From contig NC_086375.1 of NCBI RefSeq assembly GCF_036588685.1, positions 25,730,001 to 25,794,000 on the forward strand: 64,000 nucleotides of DNA. The letters are read 5' to 3'. The position numbers were made by a program, and so were the translations under genes. Under the pieces are notes generated by a model. The model was not told the origin of the DNA and ran no database searches. It saw only the letters and a program-made list of their open reading frames with translations. Of the stretch, positions 62,491 through 64,000 are shown piece by piece; positions within the stretch are counted from its first letter, which is position 1, and each line of letters starts with the position of its first letter. Origin of the DNA: Mytilus trossulus (taxonomy: Eukaryota).

Positions 62491-64000
62491 ATTCGTAATA
62501 GTAACATTAGCAACATCTACTATCATGATATTAAGTTTTGTTGCGAATGTCTTTTTGATGGACGGAATACATTTAAGGTCCTCTTGTAACGATATTACAT
62601 ACAACTTGCCTTCTTTGCTTCCCCATCATGTGAAGGAACTGACTCCGAATCTATTTCTGCAAAGGGCGATATCGTAACTCCTATACAGGAGAGTTACAGA
62701 TCTAAATATATGTTGCTCACGTGACACTGATTTGGACGGAAACCTAGAGCAGTAACGTTCGCAAAAAATAAAACAGCCAATGATATTGATTCCTCAAGTC
62801 CTTTGACCCCCTTACGTCACCCAAATTTAATATGATTGCTATTTTCAATTATTTATAAAACCCGGGATAAAAATAACTACAATTGGCTGTCTGAGAACCA
62901 ACAAGAAAATTGCGATTGTGACATACCACAATGGACAGAAAAGACGTGACGTTAGCAACAATATTATTAAATTACCTTTTTTAGCCTTTACCAATAAAAA
63001 TCTGCCTTAAAGTTATGAGTAAAACACAAAAGAAGACTTTTTATTAAAATATAAGTCCATGTTATTAGGCTCCACTTATAAATTATACTTCAAAATTCCA
63101 CTCCAAATAAGCTGGATGTCAGTAAAGTAGGTCATGATGTCTATTCCATGTCCAATATTTTGAAATTGAAAACCCTCTAATTCCAACAAAAAACACAAAC
63201 ACAGAGTAATTTTTATTTTTATTTACTCAGAAAGACACATTTTATTCAATAACATAATGCATTACTCCATTACAAAGTCTGTTTCACAGTTTCAGCAATT
63301 GCTTTTTTGATGGATACACAAAAACAATAATTCCTTCTTATTGTAAAATCTGCCATATGCTTACCATTACTGCATTAGCCATAGGCATGATAGGGTTACT
63401 TTTAAAAAAATAAAATATGGAATATCTGTATAACTCATGAAATGAAGAAAAAAAATGTCCTTAGACAGTTTTAACTAACTCTTTAACACTGAGTATACTT
63501 ATATGATTAATTATTAGCATCTTATGCAAGTTATAGAGACCTGATTACTCAGATTAGTATAAACAGCTGTAATTCTTATACGGAAATGATTCCGGTTAAG
63601 TTTTGTCTTTTAGAAATTTGTGAGGAAAAAATATTAAACAACGTTGTATTGGCTGAAATTTCAGATTTGACCCAATCAAATGTTCTGTACTTTGATAATG
63701 TAATTGAGATGTGAGACGGAGAGCTCGATGAGCTGAAGAATAATTTCGCAATCACTCGGTAATTAACCACTGTAATTATCAAACTAATCATTTATTTGCA
63801 ATGTCCTTAATTGCGTAAAAAATGGTTTCGGAATATAGCATTTCAATGGTTGTTCATGCCCTGTCAACAGCCAATGGGACAGATCTCTTCTATCATGTCT
63901 ATTCTTAGTCCAAATAATGACGTCTTGAAAGGCTATTATAATTTTTTTTCTTGTCAATAGCCTTTCAAGACGTCACAATTATTTGGACTAGTCTATTCTA

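Overview
AT-rich, intron-rich eukaryotic DNA. The repeats and gene families point to a bivalve mollusc, most likely a Mytilus-type mussel (inference). Manual splicing with phase checks gives: (1) the 5' part of COG2 on the minus strand (8 exons, continuing off the left edge), whose 9.8-kb intron 7 holds three intact tandem C1q-domain genes on the plus strand; (2) head-to-head with COG2, a 538-aa gene with 9 coding exons, an N-terminal BCAP/BANK1-type TIR-like domain and a C-terminal death domain (the reverse of MyD88 order), preceded by a compact IRF-IRF-NF-kB-AP-1 motif cluster; (3) a disabled proline-rich, SOS-tail-like gene whose first exon is built from tandem repeats; (4) a 2-exon, 201-aa orphan gene, mostly missed by the ORF track, carrying an LxCxE plus acidic patch, an E2F-like motif, a KRRLF cyclin-docking motif and an NLS, i.e. 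the motif set of viral Rb antagonists (E1A/E7/large T); (5) a B-box/coiled-coil/NHL TRIM-like pseudogene; (6) a complete ADAT3 with 8 coding exons on the minus strand. The rest is Helentron-type elements with internal tandem repeats, MITEs, SINEs, hairpin-ended elements and minisatellites. Domain and family calls come from recognition by eye, not from database searches.
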